A DNA stretch of 64,000 bases from Parcubacteria group bacterium Gr01-1014_8 (lineage in GTDB: Bacteria; Patescibacteriota; Minisyncoccia; Phycocordibacterales; UBA2100), in the NCBI GenBank assembly GCA_007376385.1, contig VMGC01000001.1, positions 1-64,000 of the forward strand, written 5' to 3'. Position 1 is the stretch's first letter, and each line of letters opens with the position of its first letter. The notes beneath the pieces were generated by a model. The model did not search any database, was not told where the DNA came from, and was given only the letters and a program-made list of their open reading frames with translations. Of this stretch, positions 35,105 to 45,757 are shown one piece after another. A program made the translations under genes and the position numbers.

Positions 35105-36781
35105 TTATGTGACTCTCGTTATATCCACAAGGCGGAGCGCAAGGGAGTTTTGCCCCCTAAATGTATCGTGTACAAGAGTGGCGAGAACATCCGATTCCTG
35201 GCCGGGCTGCGGCGCAAAAGCAAAATCGCTGGGCAATCTGAAAAAATCGAAAGCGCGGGCCGTCACGCCAGTCGCAAAACAGGATAATGTGACCTCTACA
35301 TGATTCTTTTCCTTGCCAAAACTTCGCACTGAACCTATCGAGGCTCGTGGGATGCGAAATATGGGCTTCAGATTCCCCAGTCCAAACGGCGCTAAGCGCG
35401 ATACATCTCTAAAAAGAGGAAATGAGATCTCCGAGAGAGCCACAGTGGCGTCGTACTCGTCGCGTTTTTGGATCGTGGCAGCCTCTATTTGAGCAGCCGC
35501 ATTTTTGAGCACATCGTGCAGAGTGTGTACTGCTTCATGTGAGACAGAAAATCCGCCAGAGCCATGGTGTCCGCCATATTCTTCAAATGAAAGGGCGGCG
35601 CGCGAAAAAAGCTCGACCACCGAAATGCTTCCGTCGGAGCGGCATGAGCCTTTCAACTCCCCTTTCCCATTTCTCCCCCACATGCACACAAGTCCACCAC
35701 GTTCGCCTACTATGGAATTTGCAACAAGCCCGAGAAGCGCTGGTTTCCATTCCACATCTCCGAGAACAATGACTTGATCGGCGGATGAAAACCGCATTGA
35801 GACACGTTTTTTTGCTTCTCTCACTATGGAACCGACTGCGCCTTTTCGACGTGCATTTAATTCTTCAAGGTGCGCGACTAATTTTTCCGCATCCCGCGAG
35901 TTTTTTGCGACGAGAAGTTGAAATGCTGTTTCCGGATCACCCATTCGCGAAGCCGCATTAATGCGCGGCGCAAACGAAAAAGATATATCATCTTCAGTGA
36001 GTTCACTTTGCCGCAGGCGAAGTTGTGCGCATAGCGCACGAATCCCCGGCCTCTGCGTTTTTCGAAGAACCGTAAGCCCAAAATACGCAAGGGTTCGATT
36101 TTCACCTACTAAGGGCACCATATCCGCTATGGTCGCAATGGCGACAAGGTCCAGAAGCCACTTCTCCCAGCCTTCGGGAATTGCCGTAAACGCAGCAAGA
36201 TTGCGTTTACGGCCTTCGGTAAGAAGCGCAGACGCTAATTTCCAGGCAACAGCCGCGCCACAGAGGTCTCGGAATGGATAATTTCCCAGTTTAGGATTTA
36301 TGATCGCAAACGCATCCGGCAATGTTTCTTTTACTTCGTGGTGATCTGTCACAATGACGTCAATACCTCTCTGTTTCGCATGACTCGCTCCCTCATACGC
36401 AACGGTACCTACATCTATCGTAATGATGAGCGATACTCCTTTCTTGGCTAATTTCTCTATCGCATCTGTATGAAAGCCATACCCTTCCATATCCCTGTGC
36501 GGAATATAGACTTCGATGTTCTCGTAGCCGATTTTCGCGAACGTGTCATACAAAACGGCTGCCCCGGGGATCCCATCGCAGTCGAAATCGGCGTATAGAG
36601 TGATCTTTTCTTTATGTTGCATCGCAGATAGGATGCGCCCGATCGCCCTATCCATTTCTTGCAGTGCCATAGGATCATGCGTGTCGCGCACGAAGTCTGG
36701 CTGCAAGAACTTTGCAATGGTCTCTTCATCCGTTATTCCCCGTTTTGTGAGAAGCGTACGCACTAACTCAGAAACTTCCAT
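35105..36781 (-). CDS. recJ: single-stranded-DNA-specific exonuclease RecJ
   Basis: DHH-family motifs (ADFDCDGI, HHE) followed by a DHHA1 domain and OB fold. 558 aa. Confidence 0.85.
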   Translation of the reverse strand: MEVSELVRTLLTKRGITDEETIAKFLQPDFVRDTHDPMALQEMDRAIGRILSAMQHKEKITLYADFDCDGIPGAAVLYDTFAKIGYENIEVYIPHRDMEGYGFHTDAIEKLAKKGVSLIITIDVGTVAYEGASHAKQRGIDVIVTDHHEVKETLPDAFAIINPKLGNYPFRDLCGAAVAWKLASALLTEGRKRNLAAFTAIPEGWEKWLLDLVAIATIADMVPLVGENRTLAYFGLTVLRKTQRPGIRALCAQLRLRQSELTEDDISFSFAPRINAASRMGDPETAFQLLVAKNSRDAEKLVAHLEELNARRKGAVGSIVREAKKRVSMRFSSADQVIVLGDVEWKPALLGLVANSIVGERGGLVCMWGRNGKGELKGSCRSDGSISVVELFSRAALSFEEYGGHHGSGGFSVSHEAVHTLHDVLKNAAAQIEAATIQKRDEYDATVALSEISFPLFRDVSRLAPFGLGNLKPIFRIPRASIGSVRSFGKEKNHVEVTLSCFATGVTARAFDFFRLPSDFAFAPQPGQESDVLATLVHDTFRGQNSLALRLVDITRVT

Positions 36782-36811
36782 TCTCCCTATTGTATCTTAT
36801 ACTCAACAGGT

Positions 36812-37219
36812 ATGCCCCAATGTCTTTTTTGCAAAATAATTCGCGGCGAAATACCGACAAACAAGGTCTATGAAGATGAGAAAACATTTGCATTTCTTGA
36901 TATCAATCCAGTGAACCCGGGACACACGCTTGTTGTCCCAAAAAAACACGCAGTGGATATCTTTGAGATGGAGGAGGAAGAGTGGAATGCTGTTATGAAC
37001 AGCGTGCACAAAATTTCGCATGCACTCGAGAAATCAATCGGCCCGACTGGCATCAACCTCGCCATGAACAACCGCTCTGGCGCAGGACAGCTCGTATTTC
37101 ATGCGCATGTGCACATTATGCCGCGCTTCCCGAACGACGGCCACGAATTATGGAAAGGGAAACCGTATAGAAAAGGAGAGGCCGCGAGAGTTGCAGAAAA
37201 GATACGCACGAACCTCTAG
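36812..37219 (+). CDS. HIT-family (histidine triad) nucleotide hydrolase
   Basis: HAHVHIMPR (HxHxHxx) and NPGHTLVVPKKH. Confidence 0.85.
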   Translation: MPQCLFCKIIRGEIPTNKVYEDEKTFAFLDINPVNPGHTLVVPKKHAVDIFEMEEEEWNAVMNSVHKISHALEKSIGPTGINLAMNNRSGAGQLVFHAHVHIMPRFPNDGHELWKGKPYRKGEAARVAEKIRTNL

Positions 37220-37221
37220 CG

Positions 37222-37920
37222 CTAGAAGTATTGATTACACTGCGGTGTCGGGAGCGGAAGACTTTGGACGCACATCCCTGTGTACCATGTTGCTGGTCCA
37301 CCTGGATATGAACGCTGGTATCCGCTGCATCCATGCGTCTGCCAGATCTTACAGTTATACGGCATGTTAGAAGGGTCCGAAGATGACGTTTGCGTCGGTG
37401 CTCCCGCCGGGCAATATGAAGTACACAACCACTGACCTCCCTTGCATTGAAATACAGGCAAAACCGCTGTCCTGTTTGGGCAAATCCCCGATGGAAGACA
37501 CAAACTCACGCCAGTCGAGGCTGTCCAGCCACCTTCTGACGTCATCCCTTCAGCGTATATCTGACCATTATATGTACAGGATGCGCCGGTTGTTGTTTGC
37601 GTTGTTGTCGTTGACGGCTTGCAGGCATAACCAGTCACACAGTTGTACGAGTCGTACGAGACTGTGAGCGCTGTTGAACACGATGGTGGCATGACCAGAG
37701 TGCACCTGTGCGTCTGTGCAACTTGCTTTTGCAGGTTAGCTATCTGCGTTTGCAATTTTGTTATCTCCTGTGTCAATTTCAAGACGAGATCTTTTTGCAA
37801 TTGTATTATCTGCTGGAATAGCGCGATTATCTGCGATTGCAGGTCGGTACTCTCGGCAGCTGACACCATGGGAGCAATGAGAAGGAAGCAAATGCCGATC
37901 GCCGTTAGAAGCTTCGCCAT
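37222..37920 (-). CDS. secreted protein with long heptad/coiled-coil segment and Cys-rich C-terminal half
   Basis: Signal peptide MAKLLTAIGICFLLIAPMVSA. LQSQIIALFQQIIQLQKDLVLKLTQEITKLQTQIANLQKQ, then 12 cysteines. Confidence 0.6.
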   Translation of the reverse strand: MAKLLTAIGICFLLIAPMVSAAESTDLQSQIIALFQQIIQLQKDLVLKLTQEITKLQTQIANLQKQVAQTHRCTLVMPPSCSTALTVSYDSYNCVTGYACKPSTTTTQTTTGASCTYNGQIYAEGMTSEGGWTASTGVSLCLPSGICPNRTAVLPVFQCKGGQWLCTSYCPAGAPTQTSSSDPSNMPYNCKIWQTHGCSGYQRSYPGGPATWYTGMCVQSLPLPTPQCNQYF

Positions 37921-37927
37921 AATTCTG

Positions 37928-39466
37928 CTACGGCGTAATGTTGATATCTTGAGGCGGATAGTAAACACCCGTCACGGTTGGCGGCGTAGCAAGGAGAACA
38001 ATAACATTTCCATATATGTCTGTGGTGAACCACCTGCCCTCGCGGCACATGTACAAATGCTCTGTTTGGAATTGATTTGCGCCCGAGTATGCCCTCTGCC
38101 CATTCGTGAAGACGATCCCATTGGCGCTCACGCAGAGCGAGCCCGTGCCGTACGGAACGTATCCATACTGACTGTCCGAACTCCACATGCCATTTTGACA
38201 GGTGAGTGTCACCGATGATGATCCTGTCAAAAGAGCGCATATATTTTCGTTTGGGAAGTCCCGACATGTCTTACCGTTCCCCCCGGAGGGATACGCAGAG
38301 TCGAACAGATTTGGACCCGGCGGAAGCGTGTACGATTGCCCATTGCCGTACACAGTGCCGTTTATCACACACGAATTTACGTCTCCCGTAAGATACCCTG
38401 AACCGATCGAGGGAATGGCGACCCACGTTCCGCCCATGCACTGCAAGAATGGATAACTTGTGCATGAAGAGCTTGATGATGCAGCGCACGCTGGACTTGC
38501 GGTCACTTCCCCATCAGGGTACGTCTTGCTGTTCAGTTTGCATGAACTCCCTCCGATCCCGATATTCGTAAGGTCCGGATCATTCACCTGAACAGAAAGT
38601 GTCGCGGTCGTATCTGCACCACTCGCGTCTTTGGCAAAAACCACGATCGTGAATTTTCCGGTTGAACTATACGCGTGCGAATAGGAGACGGCTGAGCTGT
38701 ATGGTGTGCCCTCGCGAGAGATGTTCAATAACTGGGAAAGAGAAGAACCCTCATCTCCCCACACAACGCTAAAATTAACCACGTTTCCTTCAGGATCGCT
38801 CCCGCTGACCCTCCATGTATTGCTTTTGTTGATGTCAACGGTTGTGGGACCGACAACGGAAGAAATAATAGGAGGCTTGTTGATGGGCGTTACTGTCGTG
38901 TCGACTGCCGACACACAGGTCCATCCTACATGGCAACCCTTCGGGTCATTGTTCTTTTCCCATGTACCTGTACACGTCAACACTGGCTGCGGTGGCGGTG
39001 TGAGGCACTGATTGCTCGGAGGGGGAGGACGCGTACAGTATGTGCTTATCACATACTGGAACGTTCGAGCTCCAAACACGCCGCCATCCGCCGCCTGTGA
39101 AATAATCCCCACTTTCAGCTGAAATTGAATAAGTCCATTCTCTGTTATTGGCCCGAAAAACCCCGTGATGTCTACACTGAAATATCCCTGACTTTTCAGA
39201 AATAGCTGCAACGCTTCAACATCGCCACCGCTATCGCCGCGTTTCAATGGAAATCGTGATATCGAACAAATAACATTCCCGCCAGCGGGCGGTGCAACCT
39301 CTGTGCTTCCCCCTGCTGCGGCAATTTTTGCTTGCAGCTGTGCGATTTGGGCAAGAAGCACTTCTATCTGCGCTTTTACCTCATCAGCAGTGAGTGCGCT
39401 TGAGATAACTGGAACCAAGATAAGCCCCGCGAGAGATGCGCACAAAGCGCGCTTGAAAGTGCTCAT
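37928..39466 (-). CDS. secreted cell-wall-binding protein (signal peptide, alanine-zipper, PG_binding_1-like, PKD-type module, Cys-rich modules)
   Basis: MSTFKRALCASLAGLILVPVISSA. QIEVLLAQIAQLQAKIAAAGG. GDSGGDVEALQLFLKSQGYF ... GFFGPITENGLIQFQ. VVWGDEGSS ... HAYSSTGKFTIVV. Confidence 0.8.
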   Translation of the reverse strand: MSTFKRALCASLAGLILVPVISSALTADEVKAQIEVLLAQIAQLQAKIAAAGGSTEVAPPAGGNVICSISRFPLKRGDSGGDVEALQLFLKSQGYFSVDITGFFGPITENGLIQFQLKVGIISQAADGGVFGARTFQYVISTYCTRPPPPSNQCLTPPPQPVLTCTGTWEKNNDPKGCHVGWTCVSAVDTTVTPINKPPIISSVVGPTTVDINKSNTWRVSGSDPEGNVVNFSVVWGDEGSSLSQLLNISREGTPYSSAVSYSHAYSSTGKFTIVVFAKDASGADTTATLSVQVNDPDLTNIGIGGSSCKLNSKTYPDGEVTASPACAASSSSSCTSYPFLQCMGGTWVAIPSIGSGYLTGDVNSCVINGTVYGNGQSYTLPPGPNLFDSAYPSGGNGKTCRDFPNENICALLTGSSSVTLTCQNGMWSSDSQYGYVPYGTGSLCVSANGIVFTNGQRAYSGANQFQTEHLYMCREGRWFTTDIYGNVIVLLATPPTVTGVYYPPQDINITP

Positions 39467-39587
39467 TCCATCAATCGTAACGCATAAAACTCATATCTTG
39501 TCCGCATAGTGTGGATTGCAAGCTTACCCCAGCGGTATCTCGTGCGAGAATAGGGTTATTATCCGAATTACTCGTCATTCTTTTTTC

Positions 39588-42449
39588 ATGAAAAAGAAAC
39601 TTATTGTTGGCGTCTTACTTTTTGCGCTTATGCCTATCGCGGTGCTTGCGCAAACGAATGAAGAAAGGATCGCGAGTCTTCTTGCGCAAATAAATGCGCT
39701 CACTGCTCTCCTAGCCCAGATGCAGGGAAACACGCAAACTGCCCCGGCTGCCGGAACGTATGGAATTCTTCGCGGAATTCCATCGCTCGTGCTCACCCGA
39801 AATCTAGGGCCCGGCGATACGGGACCTGACGTATCGCGATTGCAAGCGCACCTCGCACTTGACCCAAATATTTATCCGGAAGGATTAGTGACGGGCGGAT
39901 ATCGCAACCTCACGACTGCTGCCGTCAGACGTTTCCAAATAGCGTGCAATATCATTTCATATGGTGACCCAAACACGACAGGATTTGGACGTGTCGGGCC
40001 GGTGACCAGACGCGCACTTCAGTACGGATGCGCTGGCACTCCAACCCCTATCCTGTATCCAACACCGACTCCTCCGCAATCTTCAATAGCCCCAACGTCG
40101 GGACAACCTCCACTGAACGTCGCGATCACTGCTTCGTTTCCCACCATTTCATGCGACGTCGCGGGCGGAGTGAACCAGATCTACCGGCTACAGCTTGGTG
40201 ATGGCACCTTCCAAGAGCTCTATGTATTCACACAAGGAAGAGTGAGCGGAGAGTGCGGGAGAGTCGTAACGAAAACGGTATACCACTTATATACAAAAAC
40301 CGGGACGCACACCGTCATGTTAGAAGAAATGGGTCCGACAGGGGAAGGAGGGTTCGCCGTTCTTTCATCAAAACAGATAGGAACGGTGCACGTGGGCGGT
40401 ACTGCCACACCAACGCCGCCGCCCGGCACATCATACGGCATCCAAGTGCGCCTCCAGAACGGAACGAGCGCGGTTGCTCGCGGCAACGCACTCCTCATCA
40501 ATTGGGACCCGACTGTCATTATTCCTCCATCAAACGCTGCGGTGCGACTCGAATTGAGGCGCGCATCCGACAACACGCTTGTCGGCGAAGGCGGTATCGT
40601 CAACGACCTTGCGATGAACGGCTCGTATGTGTGGAACGTCCCAGTATTCTCCTCTTCGTGCTCGCTTGGCAATGGCCAGCTGTGTTCCAACCAAATAATC
40701 GACAACCAAGACTACCATATACGCGCTGTGCTGTACCAGCCGCGCGGTTCTTGCTTCGGAACTGCATGCAACAATTCTCCAACAATTCTCGCTACAGGCA
40801 GAACTGATTCATTCACCATCCTGCCCACCGGAAGCGCGACTGGAGGAGCACTGCGCGCTAATCCGTCGTCCGGCTCATCGCCTCTCATGGTTTCGTTCAA
40901 TGCCGATGTAAACGCTACGGGTTCGTGTTCTGCGAGCACCAATTCAATTAACTTTGGAGACGGAAGTCTGTGGGAGAATCTGCAAGTCGCCGCAAATACA
41001 TGCAGGCCGCAGACGTTCGTTGTCAACCACACCTATACAGGAAACGCGACGTACACCGCGAAACTCTACAACGTCGCAAGCTCTTCCGTAACGAACAGCA
41101 CCAATCCGATCCACTCGACCACAATCACCGTTTCTGACGGCAGCGGCGCGGGTGGAATGGGCTCGCTTCTCGTGCACGCAGACGGCAGTGACGGCGCAAC
41201 GTCATTCCCGGATAGTTCATCGACAAACAACACGATCACGCGCAATGGGAACGCCCAAATAGATACTGCTCAATCAAAATTCGGCGGTGCGAGCGCGCTC
41301 TTCGACGGGAGCGGCGATTACCTGTCGGTTCCAGATAGCAGCAACTGGTATTTCGGTACCGGCGACTTCACGGTGGACTTTTGGCTTAGACTTAACGGTT
41401 TAGCGGCAACGAACGGTATATTTGGGCAAGGAAGCGGCAGTAATGCGTACCGAATGTATATCGCGTCAGACGGCAGCGTTGTCTTCCAAGTATGGAACGG
41501 CGGCGTAAACACGATCGTACTCTCCGCAGGAGCAGGCACGTTCTCAACCGGTTCGTGGTATCACCTAGCGCTTGTCCGCAATGGAAATTCATTCGCGCTG
41601 TACAAGAACGGTTCATCGATAGCGAGCGTATCCGACTCGGATGCAATGCCTGATTTCGCAGCGCCATTCACCATCGGCGCGTCGGACGGAACAAGCTTTG
41701 TATTGAACGGATGGATAGATGAATTCCGCGTCGTCAAAGGAAGCGCTGCATGGACATCAAGCTTCTCCGTGCCGACAGCTCCATACGGCAGCAATCCGGT
41801 GGTTGAAGGAAATTCCATCAGCTACAACAGTCCGGGTACATTCACATTCACGACTCCTTCTTCCTACAGTTCCATTACTGTGACGCTCTGGGGTGGAGGA
41901 GGAGGTGGAGGAGGAGGCAACGGTACAGTAGAAGGAAGTGGAGGAAATGGCGCAAACGGCGGTTCATCCACGTTCCAAAGTTTAGCGGCGGCAGGTGGAA
42001 GCGGCGGGAGTGGTGTTGTCGGTGGAGCAGGCGGTACAGCTTCCGGAGGCGATGCAAACACATCAGGAAACTCAGGCGGCAGTGCAAACGGCGTAACGAG
42101 CGGCGCAGGAGGAAGCGCGCCAAATGGCGGCGGAGGGGGGAGCGCGGTTACAAGCGGTAATGGCAATGCAGGCACCGCGCCCGGTGGTGGAGGAGGAGGT
42201 GGAGCATATGCAGGCGGCGGAGGTTCAGGCGGGTATGTACGCAAAACGTACTCATCGGGATCGCTGTCAACTAACTCCTCTGTCTCTCTCGCAGTGGGAA
42301 GTGGTGGTAGTGGAGGAGTAGGGGGTATATGTCATTATGGTGATTTACTCAAAGTCTGCGATCGAAGCGGCGACTGGCCTCCAAGCGGTGGAGATATGGT
42401 CTCTGGTGGCAGCGGCGCATCTGGACGAGTAACGATTACGTGGCAGTAA
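39588..42449 (+). CDS. large secreted protein: PG_binding_1-like, PKD-type modules, LamG/concanavalin-like domain, long glycine-rich C-terminal region
   Basis: MKKKLIVGVLLFALMPIAVLA. IASLLAQINALTALLAQMQ. GDTGPDVSRLQAHL ... GYRNLTTAAVRRFQ. INFGDGSLWENL ... HTYTGNATYTAKL. LFDGSGDYLSVPDSSNWYFGTGDFTVDFWLRL ... YHLALVRNGNSFALYKNG is LamG-like. About 250 aa of GGxG repeats. Confidence 0.85.
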   Translation: MKKKLIVGVLLFALMPIAVLAQTNEERIASLLAQINALTALLAQMQGNTQTAPAAGTYGILRGIPSLVLTRNLGPGDTGPDVSRLQAHLALDPNIYPEGLVTGGYRNLTTAAVRRFQIACNIISYGDPNTTGFGRVGPVTRRALQYGCAGTPTPILYPTPTPPQSSIAPTSGQPPLNVAITASFPTISCDVAGGVNQIYRLQLGDGTFQELYVFTQGRVSGECGRVVTKTVYHLYTKTGTHTVMLEEMGPTGEGGFAVLSSKQIGTVHVGGTATPTPPPGTSYGIQVRLQNGTSAVARGNALLINWDPTVIIPPSNAAVRLELRRASDNTLVGEGGIVNDLAMNGSYVWNVPVFSSSCSLGNGQLCSNQIIDNQDYHIRAVLYQPRGSCFGTACNNSPTILATGRTDSFTILPTGSATGGALRANPSSGSSPLMVSFNADVNATGSCSASTNSINFGDGSLWENLQVAANTCRPQTFVVNHTYTGNATYTAKLYNVASSSVTNSTNPIHSTTITVSDGSGAGGMGSLLVHADGSDGATSFPDSSSTNNTITRNGNAQIDTAQSKFGGASALFDGSGDYLSVPDSSNWYFGTGDFTVDFWLRLNGLAATNGIFGQGSGSNAYRMYIASDGSVVFQVWNGGVNTIVLSAGAGTFSTGSWYHLALVRNGNSFALYKNGSSIASVSDSDAMPDFAAPFTIGASDGTSFVLNGWIDEFRVVKGSAAWTSSFSVPTAPYGSNPVVEGNSISYNSPGTFTFTTPSSYSSITVTLWGGGGGGGGGNGTVEGSGGNGANGGSSTFQSLAAAGGSGGSGVVGGAGGTASGGDANTSGNSGGSANGVTSGAGGSAPNGGGGGSAVTSGNGNAGTAPGGGGGGGAYAGGGGSGGYVRKTYSSGSLSTNSSVSLAVGSGGSGGVGGICHYGDLLKVCDRSGDWPPSGGDMVSGGSGASGRVTITWQ

Positions 42450-42513
42450 GAAAGGAATGCCAAAAACAAAAACCCGCATGTTCTGCGGGTCTTTGTTTTG
42501 CGAGTTACTAATA

Positions 42514-44190
42514 TTACGGACACACGAACTGACAGTTCGGTCCAGTGCGTCCTACCCATGTGCCGTTCGGACATTGCATGGCCTCCTGTGTGCAAGCGGT
42601 ATATATTTCACACTGACCTACGTAGAGAAATGCCGCGCCAGCTGCGTTCATGAAGCAACGATTACTGTATGTCGTCGGACCCGGTGTCGCTAACATGCAT
42701 GCAGGAATGGAATGACGACAGGCCGGCTCCGGCGGTTGACCGCATACCGGCGCATATTCACCGGTGCACGCCATACCGCCAGTCACATTAACCGTTGTTG
42801 AGGTCCTCGCTTCCTGCCCGGAAGCATTTCGCACAACGATCGTCACTGTATACACCCTCGCGAATGAATATGCGTGCGTGAATGTCGTCATTTGTACGAA
42901 CGGGCGTTCTGCCATGGATGCATTTGCAGGGATAGGATACGAGTTCTCGTCGCCCCACCGCACGCTATAGCTTAGCCGCTCATTTTCCGGATCCCATGCA
43001 TTCACATTCCACGTGCCGGTCGTATTCACGACGAGTGTCGTCGGGCCGGAGAAACCGGAAATAACGGGCGGTTTGTTGTTGGGAAATTCATCAAACCATG
43101 CCGTGCAGTACGGTGCTCTGTCGGGAGGAACAGTTCCCGGCGCCGGCGCGCACATCATCGCTACACAAATCGGCTCGCCTCCGGGAAACTCACGGTGGCA
43201 AGAGGTCCCGCATACTTTTCCATCGGTCCAGCGTTTGCACTGCGGATCGTTGGCAGGATCCTGCCAGCCTGCGCGGCACTCGCCTGCGTGCATGAATGAC
43301 GCGCCATCGGCTTCCATCATGCATCTGTTGCTGTATGTCTGTTGGATCGGATTGCACGGTGTCGTTATACAGACAATCGGTTTGGAACCGCACACAGGTT
43401 TATATTCTTTCGTGCACGCGACATCTCCGACATATACCTGGACTTTTCCTATAACTTCCCTGCTTATTGGCGCCATGCAACCTTGGGTTACTCCGCACGG
43501 GTTGCTTGTATGAACCAAGAGCGCCATGTAGGTACCATTGGATGTATACGTATGTGTGTTCGTCCCCGGTCTCTGACACCGATCTGTAGGCGCATAGCAA
43601 TTCGCTGCTGACTCGGTCGAACCATCACCGTACTCGATAATGTAATTATCTGCTGCTGAATGGAATCCGCTGATATTCGTGTAGAAGGTAACAGAAAGAG
43701 GAGCAGCGCCCCGTTGCGGAATAACTCTAAAATTCTCATTGCCCCCGCCGCCGCACCATATTCTGAGACGCTCACGCGACATGGGGCCGAATGCGCCGAT
43801 TGCCTGCACGCCTTCTGCTGCTTGCCACTTTGCCACCGCCTGGGTGGTCATGTGCCCAAAGTAGCCTGTCGCGTTCGCGGACAAATATCCCTGCTCATTC
43901 AAAAACTCCTGCAACGAACGAACGTCATCTCCATTCGTGCCTGTTGTCAAATTTCGAACGAGCACAGAACAGATACGATGCTTTGATGGCATAATCGAAC
44001 CTATAATGGGAGGAACTGGCGGCTGCCCGCGCAGTTCGTTCAGCTGTCTTGTGAGGTCCGCTATCTGGGCCATCAATCGCTGTACCTGGGACTGGAGATC
44101 ATCAACCGTGAGAGCTGAAACCGGCACAATACCGATGGAAAACACGAGCGAAGATGCGATGAGACCTCCTATGAGCGCCTTTTTAACCAT
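42514..44190 (-). CDS. secreted cell-wall-binding protein with PKD-type modules and two Kazal-like Cys-rich domains
   Basis: MVKKALIGGLIASSLVFSIGIVPVSA. LQSQVQRLMAQIADLTRQLNELRG. PG-binding-like GDDVRSLQEFLNEQGY ... GYFGHMTTQAVAKWQ. IIEYGDGSTES ... HTYTSNGTYMALL. EYKPVCGSKP ... TYSNRCMMEADGASFMHAGEC and EYAPVCGQ ... TYSNRCFMNAAGAAFLYVGQC follow the Kazal pattern. Confidence 0.8.
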   Translation of the reverse strand: MVKKALIGGLIASSLVFSIGIVPVSALTVDDLQSQVQRLMAQIADLTRQLNELRGQPPVPPIIGSIMPSKHRICSVLVRNLTTGTNGDDVRSLQEFLNEQGYLSANATGYFGHMTTQAVAKWQAAEGVQAIGAFGPMSRERLRIWCGGGGNENFRVIPQRGAAPLSVTFYTNISGFHSAADNYIIEYGDGSTESAANCYAPTDRCQRPGTNTHTYTSNGTYMALLVHTSNPCGVTQGCMAPISREVIGKVQVYVGDVACTKEYKPVCGSKPIVCITTPCNPIQQTYSNRCMMEADGASFMHAGECRAGWQDPANDPQCKRWTDGKVCGTSCHREFPGGEPICVAMMCAPAPGTVPPDRAPYCTAWFDEFPNNKPPVISGFSGPTTLVVNTTGTWNVNAWDPENERLSYSVRWGDENSYPIPANASMAERPFVQMTTFTHAYSFARVYTVTIVVRNASGQEARTSTTVNVTGGMACTGEYAPVCGQPPEPACRHSIPACMLATPGPTTYSNRCFMNAAGAAFLYVGQCEIYTACTQEAMQCPNGTWVGRTGPNCQFVCP

Positions 44191-44360
44191 ACGAGAGAAA
44201 GAGTGATAAATAATGCCGTAATCATAACAGTTCTGTATGTGTAGACGCGCGTGGGGACATTCCCTTACGGACGGCGTAGAGCGAGCAAAATACAACAAAG
44301 AACTTTTGTATGTTCGAGCCAAGGAGTCCGAACCCTGTCATGTAACGCAGGATTACAGGG

Positions 44361-45737
44361 CTAGAATGTCAGATCTTCCGCCCAATTTGTGTGCGCGCAA
44401 TGTAAATTAATCGCCGTGTCCTCTTGTGCCATCGCACAAACCCCGGGGGCGCCAGCAAAATCTTTACAGATGAGCGAACCGGCTGTTGTTTTGACGGTTT
44501 TGGTTGACATGTGAGAACCACAGGACGAACCAACGAGAGCCATGTAGGTTTGCAATCCCGCCATAGTTGGATTGCTAGCTGGCGGGTAATGTGTCACACA
44601 ATTTGCGCCGGCGGCATCGCATCGATACCATTTGCCGATTACACATTTCAATGTTGGAACTGACATCGGCACACTGCCTTTGAAATACGGATCCGGAGAA
44701 ACGGTATTGCCGCTCGGTACGAGCTTGCTCCCCCAGGGAGTGATGCAGTACGTTACTCCTTCCGGAACAAATATGAGCGAACCCTCCTCGGGAACATCGC
44801 CGTCTGGAGCGGGCGGCTCTGAAATACATCCAGCCCCGCATGCAGGGTCAGAAGCGGCCACGACTTTCACTGTCACTGTTCCCTCTGCCTCTCCTCCCGA
44901 CATATCTCGCACTTTTACCGTAATAATATACGAACCCGTTGAGTAATACGTGTGCGTGAACGAACTTACGGACGAAAATACGCCTTCTCCTGCGAGTTTT
45001 TCGAGCGCATTAAGCGTTGAATTAGCTTCGCCCCATGATACGTGGAATGTGAGGCCGTCGCCATCCGGGTCAGTCGCTTTGATGGCCCATTTTCTCTCTA
45101 TTCCCGCCGCTATTGACGATGGCCCGCTGATATCATGAAGAACCGGCGGACGATTCGGCCCCTTTTGCGGTGCCGCACATTTCCAGGACGCGTTGCAGTT
45201 TTCGTCGTGTACTAATTCCCATTTTACACCGCAGCTTGCCGTCGGCGTTGTTGTCGCTACCGCAGGACAAACTGGCGTAGGCGTTGGAAGGAAAACGGGC
45301 TTCGGTGATAATTTTGCAAGGCATCTCTCCAGGATCTTCGCCCGTGTCCTAGGTCCCACAACGCCCCATCCGTTGAGACTCGGACTACCAAGCCACACGA
45401 TCCCGACATGTGCCTGCCAGTCTTGCACGGCTCTTTCTGTCAGCATCCCAAAAAAACCTGTTATCTCGACATTGAACACGCCTTCTTTTTTTAAGAAATC
45501 TTGCAAGGTCTTGACGTCATCCCCTTGAGATCCTCTCGTCAACGTTCGTGTAAATACCGGACATTGTGTTGCCGAAGGAGGAGCAGCTGGATCTTTAAGC
45601 TGATTTTGCAACAGAGCGATCTGCCCGAGCAATGCCTCTACTTGCGCCTGCATCTCCGGCACCGTGAGCGCCGCAGACACAAACGGAGAAGTGAGACACA
45701 CTGCAGCGACCCCGACAACAAAGGACAAAACACGCAT
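44361..45737 (-). CDS. secreted cell-wall-binding protein (alanine-zipper, PG_binding_1-like, PKD-type module)
   Basis: MRVLSFVVGVAAVCLTSPFVSA. MQAQVEALLGQIALLQNQL. GDDVKTLQDFLKKEGVF ... GFFGMLTERAVQDWQ. HVSWGEANST ... HTYYSTGSYIITV. Confidence 0.8.
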   Translation of the reverse strand: MRVLSFVVGVAAVCLTSPFVSAALTVPEMQAQVEALLGQIALLQNQLKDPAAPPSATQCPVFTRTLTRGSQGDDVKTLQDFLKKEGVFNVEITGFFGMLTERAVQDWQAHVGIVWLGSPSLNGWGVVGPRTRAKILERCLAKLSPKPVFLPTPTPVCPAVATTTPTASCGVKWELVHDENCNASWKCAAPQKGPNRPPVLHDISGPSSIAAGIERKWAIKATDPDGDGLTFHVSWGEANSTLNALEKLAGEGVFSSVSSFTHTYYSTGSYIITVKVRDMSGGEAEGTVTVKVVAASDPACGAGCISEPPAPDGDVPEEGSLIFVPEGVTYCITPWGSKLVPSGNTVSPDPYFKGSVPMSVPTLKCVIGKWYRCDAAGANCVTHYPPASNPTMAGLQTYMALVGSSCGSHMSTKTVKTTAGSLICKDFAGAPGVCAMAQEDTAINLHCAHTNWAEDLTF

Positions 45738-45757
45738 GCATACAGTATGACTTCTCA

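Noticed and set aside
44280-44345. tRNA-like fragment (ttcgagccaaggagtccgaaccc resembling a T-arm).
   Set aside because: There is no acceptor stem or anticodon arm pairing and no GTTC/TTCGA loop consensus. The region is the intergenic space between two convergently arranged secreted-protein genes.
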